A stretch of DNA of 64,000 bases, from positions 21,018,001 to 21,082,000 of the forward strand of contig NC_042997.1 in NCBI RefSeq assembly GCF_006345805.1. The letters are read 5' to 3'. A program made the translations under genes and the position numbers. This document shows, one piece after another, positions 49,195 to 62,480 of the stretch. Below the pieces are notes generated by a model. That model was given only the letters and a program-made list of their open reading frames with translations. It searched no databases and had not been told where the DNA came from. Source of the DNA: Octopus sinensis (Eukaryota). Within the stretch, counting starts at the first letter, position 1. Each line of letters begins with the position of its first letter.

Positions 49195-49801
49195 ACTTAA
49201 TCGTATCAAAGGGAAATGGAAATTAATTAAAATTTTCATTTCCAGTGGCCTAACGTGTAAAACTTTAGTCCAAAGACTATGTATTAGTCATAAAATACAG
49301 TGTACATTTAAACACATGAGGAATCCACTCATGGTATTCATCACGCTAGAAAGAACAGCAAGGTTCTAAAACAACAAAATCAGGGATAAAATTCAACAGG
49401 AACAAAATGAAAAATAAAAAACATTTTACCATCTAGTTTCCTGGACCAATTGGTTTCTGATTTTAGTTTAGCAAGTAAATAACATATACTCGGTAGGTGA
49501 AATCGTCCTCAGCAGGAACACCTTGCATTAAATATATAAAAACGAGGCGATCAAACTATGTGCCTCTTGTTTATACATCCTAATTTTTTCAAAATCTACT
49601 GCACAGATGCAACCCTTCACTGGAAATGAGAATTTTAATTAATTTCCATTTCCCTTTGATATGAATAAGTATTGTAAGTGTTTGGATAATCTTCAGTTTT
49701 AAAAGTAGGCATTTTTTTATTGCCGGTGAAGGGCTGCGTCTGTGCAGTATATTTTGAAAAAATTAGGATGTATAAACAAGAGGCACATAGTTTGATCGCC
49801 T
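49195..49801. repeat. Interleaved inverted repeats A...B/A'...B'
   Basis: A 49195-49247 is inverted to A' 49618-49670; B ~49544-49623 is inverted to B' 49723-49801. Confidence 0.85.
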
Positions 49802-49989
49802 TGTGTTTAAATTTTTTACCCAATGACTGAAACAAATAAAGGAATAAAAGAATACTCATATTTTGAGTTTTAATTTTCCTGTTTGCATCACCATACTTAT
49901 ATGATACCAGCTGACCACGTGCCTTCAATAATGATGGCTAATTGTAGAATTTTATATATATATAAGGTACAAAATTAGGCACATAATAA

Positions 49990-51115
49990 CACTGGTCAAC
50001 AAAGATTAAATGTATTATACTCATTATGAATGCAAACCAACATTTTTAGACTAATTTTTTATGCTGATTTCAAAATTTCACTCCATTTTTATGCAACACG
50101 AATCAGTTTTTCAGTACATACATACAAATATTTACATATTTGTATATATGAAATAATTAGCGTAATAATTAAGGACACATTATTTTTAGAAAGTAAATGA
50201 GTTTGTTGAGTTGAAAAGCATCTCTATCATTCTATATAGAGTGAATACACAAAAAATGGGTCAGGCAAAACAAAGTTAGAACAACAGAATTAGAAACATT
50301 GTGATTTGTATTTCCTGTGTGTTCCTGGTCTGGTTGGTGTCCAACAATAGTCAACCAGCATACTGTCATTCAAGAAGCCTTGGTACCATTTCTCCATAGC
50401 ACTAATGTCCAGGTGAAGTCTTTCACCATGTTCATCAGATGCTGCTCCAAGGTTATCTGCAAATAAATCCAGATGGGAGTCCAAGAAATGAACTTTCAGT
50501 AACATGCAACAACTTATTGCTGAGTAACATTTCAAAAGATTCTTGATGCCATCCTTGTAGTCCATTGCCTTCTTGTTGCCCAAGAAATTCTCACAAACGC
50601 AGTTGAAAGCATACAAGGCAGGCAGTTCCAGTTCATCCAGTGTCGTCTTGTAGTTGACATCTTTGCGTACATCTCTAATTTGGGGTCTGACAGAGATACC
50701 CTCTTTCAACTTTGCCTGTATAATTTTGGGAAACTTTTATACAATATAACCAAGCCCTCTGGTATTTCTCTTCCCTAGTTATACTGAATTTGAGATAATG
50801 AAATATTTCACCAGACCAATTACGACTGGACAATTTGAGATGTTGGTACCTAATTCGTCAGACAAAATTTGATTGGTTAATTTAAGATGATGGAATATTG
50901 CATCTGAACTATGCAGCAATGAATAATGTAGTTTATTTTAAAGGTATGTTTCCATGATATAAATGAAATACATGCACACATGTCATTACTTGAAATTTCT
51001 TTATAATGCATGAGCTAAAACCAAAAAACTTTCTCATCTTGAAAACTGTACATGATGCCAAAAAACTAATTGCATATTTGAAATCAGCATTAAAAACTAC
51101 ATTAAGTACACCTTG
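49990..51115 (-). mobile_element. Chapaev3-like (CMC group) DNA transposon, deleted, with transposase C-terminal remnant (~50290-50860)
   Basis: TAA|CACTGGTCAAC terminus; subterminal inverted motif TTTTTATGCTGATTTCAAA / TTTGAAATCAGCATTAAAAA; protein KFPKIIQAKLKEGISVRPQIR..NFLGNKKA..HFLDSHLDLFADNLGAASDEHGERLHLDISAMEK..MLVDYCWT. The superfamily label comes from recalled motif and terminus pattern. Confidence 0.7.
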
Positions 51116-51342
51116 ACATATGCTTGATGAAAAATACCTGTACACACACACATACACATACTCACACAGAGTTGAAACGCTGATTGTATTTCACTTTTTC
51201 CTTCCTTATTCATCTATCACCTCTTCCTTTCTCTCATTGCTGTTACTTTCACATACACTCAGTCAGGGCTATTACTCTCACCACTTCTTCTTCACTGAAT
51301 TACCTTTTTCTCTCCTCCTCTGCATCTGATGTGATTCTGGAT

Positions 51343-51385
<43 letters not shown>

Positions 51386-51661
51386 AATTTATAAAAACAC
51401 TATGCTCGTTATTATATTAGGAGATATATATATATATCATCAACATTATTATGATCATTTAATGACTGTTTTCTTTTCTGGCATGATTTGGATGGTTCAA
51501 CAAGTGCTGGCTGGCTGGAAAGCTCTACCAGATTCCAATTGTCCGTTTTGACATGGTTTCTACGACTGAATGCCTTTCCTAATGCCAACCACTTAAGAGA
51601 GTAATCTAGGTGCTTTTTACATGGAACCAGCACCATTGCATGGCACTAGCATGGGTGCTTT

Positions 51662-52708
51662 CAGGGCCGCCACTAAGCTCCTGCAATCCCTGCAGTCACA
51701 GGGGGCCCCCACAATTGAGGGGGCCATATGTTAAGATCGAAGTACGTAGATGAGCCACCTATTTACTTCAGTTAAGATGTTGAATGAGAATTAAACTACC
51801 TGTGTTAACAGCAAATTTCAAGAAATAAAATGGTAATACAACGTACCTGCAAAAGTTCTTGTAAAAATATCACATTGTAATATTTTTACATAGGTGCAGA
51901 AGTGGCTGTGTGGTAAGTAGCTTGCTTACCAACTACATGCTTCTGGGTTCAGTCCCACTGTGTGGAAACTTGGGCAAGTGTCTCCTACTATAGCCTTGGG
52001 CTGACCAAAGCCTTGTGAGTGGATTTGGTAGACAGAAACTGAAAGAAACCCGTCGTATATATGTATATATATGTGTGTGTGTGTGTGTTTGTGTGTCTGT
52101 GTTTGCCCCCCCCCCCCAACGTCGCTTGACAACCGATGCTAGTGTGTTTATGTCCCCGTAACTTAGCGATTTGGCAAAAAGAGACCGATAGAATAAGTAC
52201 TAGGCTTACAAAGTATAAGTCCTGGGGTCGATTTCCTTGACTAAAGTTGGTGCTCCAGCATGGCCGCAGTGAAATGACTGAAACAAAAGAGTAAAAGAAA
52301 GTAAAGAGTAAAAAAGTTGTACTATAGACGTGTACAAGACTTTGTAAATTGTCTATGACATCTATTGAACACGAGCTTAGCTCTCAGCTTGATTATTCTG
52401 AACTGATCAATGATTTTGCAAAGCATAAAGAGCACTGTGTTTGTCTTTGAAAGTTGCCTGGATTATAAAAGTGCTCTTTTATTCATATCTGGAAGTTTTA
52501 CCTATTGAAATTTGTAATAGACCTAAATAAATTTAACTTGTACTTTTAAAGATGTTCTTTAGGATAACATGAAATATTGAACTTCAGAGAGAATAAAGTA
52601 AAATACAGTTGTCAATAAAAAGTACATAGATTATGAATTTTGATTGAAGGGATATGGCCTTGAAACAAAAAGTTGCAGGGGGCCTCTGAAAATCATGCAA
52701 CGGAGCTG
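51662..52708. mobile_element. Non-autonomous hAT element with 8-bp TSD, inside a family C copy and carrying a SINE A
   Basis: GGTGCTTT|CAGGGCCG ... CGGAGCTG|GGTGTTTT (TSD 7/8 identical); subterminal GGGGGCC motifs at both ends. Confidence 0.75.
51889..52312 (+). mobile_element. SINE family A, full length
   Basis: GGTGCAGAAGTGGCTGTGTGGTAAG..GGGTTCAGTCCC..GACTGAAACAAAAGAGTAAAAG. Confidence 0.88.
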
Positions 52709-53384
52709 GGTGTTTTATGTGTGACACCAGCATTATTTCCCTTTTACACGGCACCGACACAGGTGTCTTTTATGTGGTATCAGCACAGATGGTTTTTATG
52801 CAGCCACTGGCATGGGTAATTTTTATATAGCACTATGTATGTATATATCTATATGTGTGTGTCTTTGTGTTTGCATTTGTCCCCATCACTGCTTGACTAC
52901 TGGTATTGGTTTGCTTACATACATGCAATCAAAGTATCAGGCTTATAAAAAAATCAGTTAAGAGGTCGATCTGTTCAGCTAAACCCTTCAAGATGGTGCC
53001 CCAGCATGGCCATAGCCAGATGACTGAAACATGTAAAAGATAAAAATTAAAAATATAACCTCCAAGACTCATACATTTAGTTGTGGTTACTGACTGACTG
53101 ATGGACTTCCAAGAAATTATTTATCTTATTTTATTTTCTGAAATCTTTAAAAGTGACAAGTAAATTACAAAGTATTAATATTTAACAAAATGCAGGTAAA
53201 CTTTGTAATTTGCATATAAAGTAATTATGCAAATTATTCAAAAGAAAAAATTTCAATAAAATTCTCTTTTGAATTAATATTTTATTTTCAGTGTTTTGAA
53301 AAATACAGGAAAATTTTAATGATTGTTTTTTTGTTCTAATAATAGCAATTTCAACAATTACATGCTTACATGTATAAATGCATA

Positions 53385-53438
53385 CATATGTGTGTATGTA
53401 TGTATGTATGTATGTATGTATGTATGTATGTATGTATG

Positions 53439-53473
<35 letters not shown>

Positions 53474-53475
53474 GA
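53385..53475. repeat. (TATG)n to (TATC)n compound microsatellite
   Basis: Directly visible. Confidence 0.95.
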
Positions 53476-54314
53476 ATACATATATGTATACATAAATGCA
53501 TGCATACATATCAACATGCATACATGTATACATATCTACATACTTAGATGTTGTTTTTATAGCACCTTGAAGCATCCTATCTCTGAATCCTTTAGCGTGT
53601 CTGGAAAATGGATCTCTTTCTCTCTCTCTCCCTTCCCATCTCTCTTCCTCCCTCTCTCTCTTTCTCTCTCTTGAGTTACCTCTCTTGACACCCAACACTT
53701 CCTCTTACTTTTATTCTGCTAGCCACCCTTACACCTCTGGAATACCCTCTTGCCTTTCTTGCTGTTGCTGCACCCATCCACTATATCCCTTCTACCTCCA
53801 TCTCTCTCTCTCCCCTTCTTCTCCATTGCCTCCTCATCTATGGTGTTTTTTTGTGACATTTACACTCTGTTCTTCCTTTTTTTCCTACAGTATCTAATTC
53901 TCACCTCCCTTTCTCTGCCCCCTTTTATTCTCACAGCCTCTCCCCGATAGTTTCCCAGCTTTTCCAACACCCAACACCATTTCTCAACACTTCCACTCTG
54001 ACCTACCACCAGCACAACCCCACCACTCTTCCCTTTCTTTCAATAACTCACTCAGGATTCCTTACCACTCTAGCCTATTACTCTCTTCAAGTCACCCTTT
54101 CCCTCATATTTTCTATCCATACTTACTACTTATTATGTTCCATAACCCTAAAGACTCCCTTTACACAACCCACACTCTCACCCTTCTAACTCTATTCATC
54201 CCTTTTCCTTTAAGCTTGTCACTAATCTCTCTCTTCTCCCTTGTCATTCTCATCACCCTTCCTTCTTACTTACCACTCTCTCATTGCATTGCTCCACCAC
54301 TGACTATCACACAT

Positions 54315-54550
54315 TCTTATTTCTTTATTGCCCACAAGGGGCTAAACATAGAGGGGACAAACAAGGACAGACAAAGGGTTTAAGTCGATTATATCGACCC
54401 CAGTTCGTAACTGGTACTTAATTTATCGATCCCAAAAGGATGAAAGGCAAAGTCATCCTCAGCGGAATTTGAACTCAGAACATAACTGCAGACGAAATAC
54501 CGCTAAGCATTTCACCCAGCGTGTTAATGTTTCTGCCAGCTCGCCGCCCT
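54315..54550 (-). mobile_element. SINE family B, full length
   Basis: Tail through head all recognisable. Confidence 0.88.
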
Positions 54551-54829
54551 TTCGCACATTCTCTTCTATTCTCTTTGAATTATAGAGGCCACTTTTGGAT
54601 CTTAGACTTGCAAGATGTCATACAGTCATCACTAGTGGTAATGACACAAAAAGTGTACCCAGTACACTGTGTTAAGTGATTGATATTAGAAAGGGCCTCG
54701 AGCTATTTACTCACATATATACATATATATAGTAATATGCATCACTAAAATGTTATACTAACATGGCTGTATTTATTCTTTTATTCTTTTATGCACTCGA
54801 GCACAAAAGCTATGGCCATGCTGGGACAT

Positions 54830-55420
54830 GGGCACTGCTTTTCACCTTTTCAATGACCTTTCTTTTGTGAATGGCTTTGGTTGAAGGAAGGAGTTCGATA
54901 TTGTTGCCCTCTTTTGAGTTTCTTGCTGTGATATAGGTTTATCTTCGACCTTGAACAGCAGAAGGTCATGTTGTTTCTCGAAAACATCTACATCCTACTC
55001 CATGTAGATCTCACAGATGTTTTGACAAAACCTGCTAATTTGACAAGACTATTCTGGTAAATCCATATTGCTTTCCAGATATGTAACTAGCTGTTCTTGA
55101 GGGCTTGATTTTTTTCTTGTCTGGAGGCATCTCATAACCCTATAATTTTGTGGTTGTATGGTGTTTATATTTTGGGGTGTTCAAATAATTTTTCATTCTA
55201 GAATTCCAGTCAGGTGTTGATTCTGATCTTCTTAACATTTAACTAAATTCTTCTACTATATGTTCATGGGTACTGGTAAGTTTAAGTTGGAAGTTGGAGA
55301 CCATGTCTGCTTCTCATATTTTTCAATTTCTAGCAGTTTGCAATGTGTCAGGGATTTCCTTACTAGTGTGGGTAGGCCACATCTGTGATGCTATTGAGCT
55401 TTCTTCTCTTCTTATCTACT
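54830..55420 (-). pseudogene. Decayed non-LTR RT fragment, R4/Dong-like
   Basis: QPQNYRVMRCLQT then (frameshift) TYLESNMDLPE resembles P.NYRPI.CL.T...HLE.N..LPEEQ. Many stops. Confidence 0.35.
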
Positions 55421-55711
55421 TTTGTTTCATTTGTCTTTTCTGCTCAGTATTTCTGAATTTCTGATATTGTTGAATCACTATTTACTATTGTGTTTTATTT
55501 TTGTTGATATTTTTGCCAGTTCTTATTAGTATTTACTCCAAATTCTATATTTTCTTGGAGGAAGTATTCACATTTTTCACACCATTTTATGTAACAAGTT
55601 TTTGCTGCTGCTATGCTCTGCTTGAGATTATCTTTATTTCCAAAGTGTCCTGTTTTATTTTTTGTTATGATTATTTTCTTTTCCAAGTTTACATACATTT
55701 TCCTTTCCCAT

Positions 55712-55713
55712 GC

Positions 55714-55764
<51 letters not shown>

Positions 55765-55807
55765 CATCATCATTATTATTCAGTAGTTTTATTTTCATAG
55801 TGTGCTT

Positions 55808-55878
<71 letters not shown>

Positions 55879-55880
55879 GT
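55712..55880. repeat. Two (ATT)n blocks
   Basis: Directly visible. Confidence 0.95.
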
Positions 55881-56384
55881 AGGTGGTGGTGGTGGGAATG
55901 TAGTAGTTGATTTAATTGATTCAATACTTGACTGCTCTTGATTTTATTAACCTCAGAAAGATGAAAAGCAAATTCATCCTTAGCAGGATTTATACTCTGT
56001 AACTAGAAAGCAGAAGGCTTGTCAGTCTAAGGATTCTGCTATCCACTGCTCTTGAAAATACTTAATATTAATATCTTTATTTACTTTATATCTTTATTTG
56101 TCTAGCGAGTGAATTGATCTGAGACTGTCTGTTGAAACTGAAGCAACTACATCATGGAACAGTTGTTTAATAACACACAAAGTTGTAAAATTCTCTTTAA
56201 ATTTATTTCATGAGGCATCAAAATTTCATAGGACAACTGTGACCTGTTCGCTAACACAGTTTCATGGTAGTGGAACTTTGTCAGTGATGGCTCATGAAAT
56301 AAATCTAAATAGCTTTGTGTGTTATTAAATGGTTCTATATTTACATACATTTTTTTTTCTACTTCTATACATGTATCTCTTGAC

Positions 56385-56630
56385 GTTTTATCTTTTTACT
56401 TATTCCAGTCATTAAACTGCAGTTATGTTGGGGCATTGCCTTGAAGAATTTTTGTTGAGTGAATCAACCCAAATACTTAATTTTTTAAACCTGATATTTT
56501 TCCATCAGTCCTTTTGCCAAAGTTATGGGGACAGAAACACACTAACACTGGTTGTCAAGCAGTGGTGGGAAACACACAGATGCACAAACACATACACACA
56601 TACAGTAGGACTTCTTTCAGATTCTGTCTA
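56385..56630 (-). mobile_element. SINE family A, 3' part (diverged)
   Basis: CAGTCATTAAACTGCAGTTATG..GGTTGTCAAGCAGTGGTGGGAAACACACAG. Confidence 0.65.
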
Positions 56631-56949
56631 TAATACAAGAATCTAATAACATTGTTTCTTAAGAGGTAGAATGTAAACTAAGAATGTTATGGTAATTATT
56701 TTTGATTAATAGATTTTCTTGGTTTTAGTATTTCAAGTATATTAAATATCTCAACAACTTCAAGATAGTTTGTAACTATCTTTTCATTCCTCAATTTCCA
56801 GCACACTTTATTTCTTAATCCGTTCTATAACACGTTTCTTTCTTATCAATAATATTCTATAGTTTCTTTCTGTAACACTCTGAGAATTCTTTCCCATTTC
56901 TTTTACTTATTACTATTGTTACTAATCTACTGTACATCTATTTACCATT

Positions 56950-58200
56950 TTATAACATAACATAATTGTTAACTTGATTAATTTTGGGGATTTTCCAAAA
57001 CTGGGAAATGTTTTTCGTTATCTTCCTTCTTATGTTGATAGTTATAACTACCAAGAATTCTAAACACACATTAGCCAGCTGGGTTCTTGCCATATTATAG
57101 CAACAATGTTTGTGGATAGGTTTCTGTTTATTGTGGGCATAATGAAGAAACTGGTAGCATACTGTTTTCTGATAAGTTTACACATCCAGCTGGATATATT
57201 TAAAGACACACAGATTATAGAAAATGTTCTTCTACATTTAATCATTACTTCATTATAATTTTGGCTGCTAAATAGTACAGCTAAATACTTGCACAAACAC
57301 ATGCCTTAGGATAAACCACTTCCACTTCACTACTAATTCATTTATCAACTGGAAATACTGTCATCTCTTATAAGGATTCTGTCATGTTAAAGCAGTGTGT
57401 TGTTTGGAAACAAATGATTCATAGAATCATGCCTCCAAACTTAATGATCTTGTAAATAATTCTGGTGGGATAAATGGAAATTAATAAATATTTATATTTG
57501 AGTAGCACTACTGACACATTAATATCACTGACTATATCAATAAAAGAAATAAAAACTTTACCAATTGGCAGCAATTTGCTCACCAATACATTACAAACGC
57601 TGACTCTCAGAGGCATTGTTTCCTGTATCTCTGCTTCTTTTTACTATTGCCACAAGAAGCTTCTGTTCTTCTGAATAAACAGACTGTCTACCATATCCAA
57701 TCATCTTACCTGATGTATTTGTCACTCCTCGTCTCATCACTACTAATTCATTTTATGAAGCACCGCACTAACCACCTTACCCTTTCCCAGGACTACAGTC
57801 TTGTGAAATTTTTCCCTCCAGCATAACAGTGATAACTGTTAACTGGATTAATTTGTGGGGCTTTTCCATAGTTTTTCTGCAGCTTCCCGAATATATTTGC
57901 AGTTATAACTATTTGATTTCAGGAATTCTAAATAAACATCAACCTGCTGGGTTCTTGCCATATTTTAGTGTCATTGCTGTTTGTGGATAGATTTATATTT
58001 GTTGTCAGTGTAACGAACAAGCAGGTATCATACTGTATTTTCACAAGTTTACATATCCTCCCATTCTGCTTCATGACCACGCATTTCATGAGCACCAAAC
58101 TATACAAATTCTGGCTGAAAATCAATGGCATTTACTACCATGACCTTACTAATTTCAAAGACTCTCCAAAAGTCATTAGCTCAAACTTATCTACTCTACA
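56950..58200. repeat. Local diverged direct duplication, offset ~870 bp
   Basis: GCTGGGTTCTTGCCATATT..TTTGTGGATAG..CATACTGT..AAGTTTACA.ATCC at ~57075-57190 and ~57943-58060. Homology extends upstream (AACT.GATTAATTT.GGGG.TTTTCC). Confidence 0.75.
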
Positions 58201-58399
58201 AAATTAAAAATATAATTTCCAAAATTTGATCAATTTATAGATATCACCACCAGAGTTTAGAATTATTAATGGACTGTCATTTTATGAGAACATTAGAAAA
58301 ATTATAAATTTTGAATATGAGTGCAAATATTTGAATATTTTATCAGTACCTAATATATTCAAATAATTGAGGCACTGAGGTATCCTAAGTTAATAACAT

Positions 58400-58730
58400 T
58401 CTGGATCAATGAAAGAGCATCAGTCAATGAGCTAATCTCAACCACTAAGAGATCCTGAGTCAATGAGGTAGTCTGAGCTACCAAGAGAGCTCAAGTAAAT
58501 GGAATAGCCTGAGTCATGAAGGGAACCTGAGCCTATGAAGTAGCCTGACTCAGTGAGGTAGCTTGAGCCATCATAGGAACCTAAGTCAAGGAAGCAGCTG
58601 AAGTTAATGAAGTAGCCAAACTCAGTGAAGTAGTAGGAGTCAATGAAGTAGCTGACCTAAGCCATCAGACTAAGAATCAATTAGGTAGTCTGAATCAATG
58701 AAACAGCCTGAGTAAGTGAGGTAACTTACC
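58400..58730. repeat. Degenerate 18-bp minisatellite (CCTGAGTCAATGAAGTAG)n
   Basis: Recurring TGAGTCAATGAAGTAG-like units with 18-bp spacing and a few indels. Confidence 0.8.
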
Positions 58731-59984
58731 CTGGGGGATCGCCAAGTCAATAAGAAAATCTGTACATAACTCTTTGATCTGCTATAAATAGCATTTATAT
58801 TCCATCTCCCTTCCCCACTCTTTACTTATAAAACAAAGACATATTGAGCAGTGTAATCCTTCATATTCTTAATCAAAGATCTGCTGACCTCAAGTTAAGC
58901 AACACTGACACCAAAAATATCAACAACATACAATTTAAATAAAGAACATACCCATGCTTCAAATATGACTTTCACATAAATAACCATTCTTTATGCAATT
59001 AAAAAATAATTATTCCTGAAATGCAGAAGCAATGGACTTTTCATAAAACATATTTCGATAGATCTTGATTTATAAATTTAATTTTTGAAAGTTTATGCTA
59101 AAAGTTGAATTTAATTTTTAGAAATAGCAATAATATTTTATTTAGTAGCTGTTTTCTTTTCTGTTCTTTTTTTGTTGTGGTTTTCATTTATGATTATAGG
59201 CTTATGATTTTTAAAGCAAACATAATTACTGTATCAAACATTTTTTTATACCTTTCTGTGTGAGTTGGACCATAAATGAAATCAAAGCAATAATTCCAGC
59301 TGTAAGTAAATTGATTCTTTAATGAAAGAGCTTCAAACATCTGTATTCACCTTTAGTTAATCAATAATTCTGTAAACATGGATTCAATTCAGGGAAACAC
59401 ACAACAAGCACTTGAACATATAATTGTGAGACACCTGCTAGATATACATCATATTAGTCAGTTGGAAGTAGACTGTTATTTTTTTTTATGGAAATTTCAC
59501 TTACTTATTAAGAGTACTATTCCTTTTGCCATGTGCAACAACATTAATAATACTCTGAAAAGCTCTCAGTGGAATTAAAAGTTTGTCTTTTGCTTTATTT
59601 CTTTCGATATTTTCAACATGATTTGCCAAACGTTAACTAAAACTATGAAAAATCATTCAGTTATGAAATGGTTAGTCATGTTTTAATGAAAATAAGAATA
59701 TTTAAATTTCATAAATAATGCATTCATATATAGTAACATCAACTAATTTGTATAAATTTCACTAATGTTATATGTTTGTTGCTAAAAAACATGGGTTAAT
59801 TTAGGGGGTTACCTGTTCATACAAACATGTTTAGGGCAATATCACTGTCATTATTTTCACTGCCAATACCACTGCATAGCACATCCAGTTACCACAACCC
59901 ATAACTTTTTACCTACCAGTCTGGCTATCTTTCTGTCCATTGATCTGCCTGTCTTTCTATCTGTGTCTCTCATTATAAAGTGCT

Positions 59985-60180
59985 ATTAAGGTGGTGAGGC
60001 AAAACGTTTAGTGGGATATTGTTTGTCTTCATATTCTGAGTTCAATTTCTGCCAAGGTTGACTTTGACTTTCATCCAATCAGGGTCGATAAAATAAGTAC
60101 CAGTTGAGCACTGGGATCGATATAATTGACTTACCCCTCCCCCAGGAATTGCTGGCTTTATGTCAAAATTTGAGATCATT
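59985..60180 (+). mobile_element. SINE family B (short-tail variant, diverged)
   Basis: CTGAGTTCAATTTCTGCCAAGGTTGACTTTG..GTCGATAAAATAAGTACCAG..CCCCTCCCC. Confidence 0.7.
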
Positions 60181-61324
60181 ATAAAGAGCTACTGCTTGTT
60201 ACACCTTATCACTAATGTGCTAAATTATATATAGAGTATCAAAACAACGGCAAAATTATTGATAAGAAATTTGATTAAGGTAAATTATTAAGAAGATAAT
60301 AGATGTAAAGTATTGCTGATACATTACATGATCATGAAATTAAACTATATTATTACAGTAATATGTCACTGTATACTTTAGTTTGACCACAATAAAAATA
60401 GTTAATTAAACATAAACTCGATGTGGCAAGCACAATAATTTTAATTAATCAAAATTATACTTGTATCAAGGTGAGGTAAATGCTGTTGAATAATTCTGAA
60501 TTCAACCAAACAAAAGCAAGGATGAATATTCAAAACATTAAACTTTTGCTTAAAATGAGATGATTTAACCAGACATGGGACTACATAGTTCTCTGTGCCA
60601 ATGATTGTGTGTGTGTGTGTGTGCATGTGTGTGTGCATGTGCACATGTGTTTTAAGTTAAACTGTGATCTGAGTGAATTTTGATTGCAATTTGCAATTTT
60701 CATCAGATGCAATCACTGCTCAAAAGCTCTTTCACTGGCTCGTGTTGTCAGTGATAGTAAGGAAATAAACTCATGAATACCAGACCACCATATATGATCA
60801 CAGGGCTAACCTGAAATAAACAGCAATAACAGCCACTCCACCTAAAAAATACATGAAAAAACTGATATAAAACAGCAAAAACAAAAATAAAATATAAATA
60901 TAAATTATTTTCAAGAAAGTAAAGTAAAAATCACAGATATTTTTTTTCGCTCCATTCTTTATTACTTCATCACATGAAATGATTTGAAGCTAGAAAATCT
61001 GATAGGAATTATTTTTGCATAAATTGAATTATTATTTATATAGATTGAAATCAAATTATTTATACAAATTGAAAATATGTAAACTTAACTACATCACTAG
61101 AGAGCAAAATTCATTATATAATCAGCAAAGAACAATGAAAGCTTTCAGTGCAGGTATGGGTGTGTGATTAAGAAGCATATTTAACAATTACATGGTTCCA
61201 TATTTGATCCAAATCTGCAGTATCTTAAGCAAGTGTTTTCTATTCTGAGAGGAATCTGGTAATTGGAAACTGTGCCCAATGTATATGAGGATACATATAT
61301 ATGTATTTATGTATGCATGCATAT

Positions 61325-61655
61325 ATTCTTTTATTTGTTTCAGTCATTTGGAGCACCGCCTTTAGCCAAACAAATCAACCCCAGGACTTATTCTTTGTAA
61401 GACTAATACTTATCCTATCAGTCTTTTGCTGAACCGCTAAGTTACGGGAAGTTACAGGGATGTAAACACATCAACATCGGTTGTCAAGTGATGGTGAGGG
61501 GACAAATACAGACATACAAACATACATACACACACAAACATATATGTTTCCATCTACCAAATCCACTCACAAGGTGCCAGGCAGTGGGACTGAACCCAGA
61601 ACCATGTGGTTGGCAAGCAAGCTAATTACCACACAACCACTCCTGCATCTATGTA
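61325..61655 (-). mobile_element. SINE family A with internal deletions
   Basis: Both halves recognisable. Confidence 0.78.
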
Positions 61656-62480
61656 TGTTTGACTGCGTTTATGCATATATCTTTTACTGCTGTATGTCAG
61701 TGAAGTATGTGAATATCAGCAAAAATTATAAAAAAGCAAGAAAGATAAAAGCTGGTGCTTTTCAAATAAAGTCCCCTGTGGTGGTTGTTCAGTACTGAGT
61801 TACAAACACTCCATCCTCAATACAATGAACCAATGATCAACTCTTTAGAAACCTATGATTCTCTTGTTCCCCAACAGTGATATAAAATAAATAATTAAAT
61901 GCTCTATCTCTTAGCTTTGTTAACAGCACTCCTCAATTATAACTGTCCACAATAAAGTAATGCTAGAAATTTTTAAAAAATGAGTTCCCTGGCTAAATTA
62001 AGGTTGTCTATTTCTGCTGTACAATGGACCCATCAATACTGGTAATTCTACTATTAGAACTATTCCTTTGTGACTCCCAACAGTCTCCATTTGATCTTCT
62101 TAAACAATGACCTTAGTGTAGACACAGGTCTGGCAACCAAATCTATCTCCAACACTAGATTAAAGATATAATATTATTATTGATTTCACATAAATCTTAG
62201 TATTACAACACTTTTTATTTGCTGAAATTCTTGAACAACAAGATTCATCCAGTATATACTTCTATAACAAAGGATATCTTAGAAACTGAGTTGATTATCT
62301 GAAAGCAACTGATATCTTTAACCCGAAGCTATCAACTACAGGCCAAATTTGGTTCCTTAATAATCTGATATAAAATGTCAGCTTAACTTTTTACACTTTC
62401 CAAACCATAAAATAAGTACCAGTGCTACCATGGATGTTAGATGCTGAAAGTGAGAAAAAGACCATGATATTTGAAAGAGA

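Noticed and set aside
53590-54310. Long pyrimidine-rich strand-biased tract
   Set aside because: Low-complexity sequence common in this window (also 22720-23030, 42300-42550); no mirror symmetry or periodicity to suggest a specific structure.
57474-57674. LRR-like peptide LISLTISIKEIKTLPIGSNLLTNTLQTLTLRG
   Set aside because: A single imperfect repeat lacking the conserved Asn positions; no splice context.
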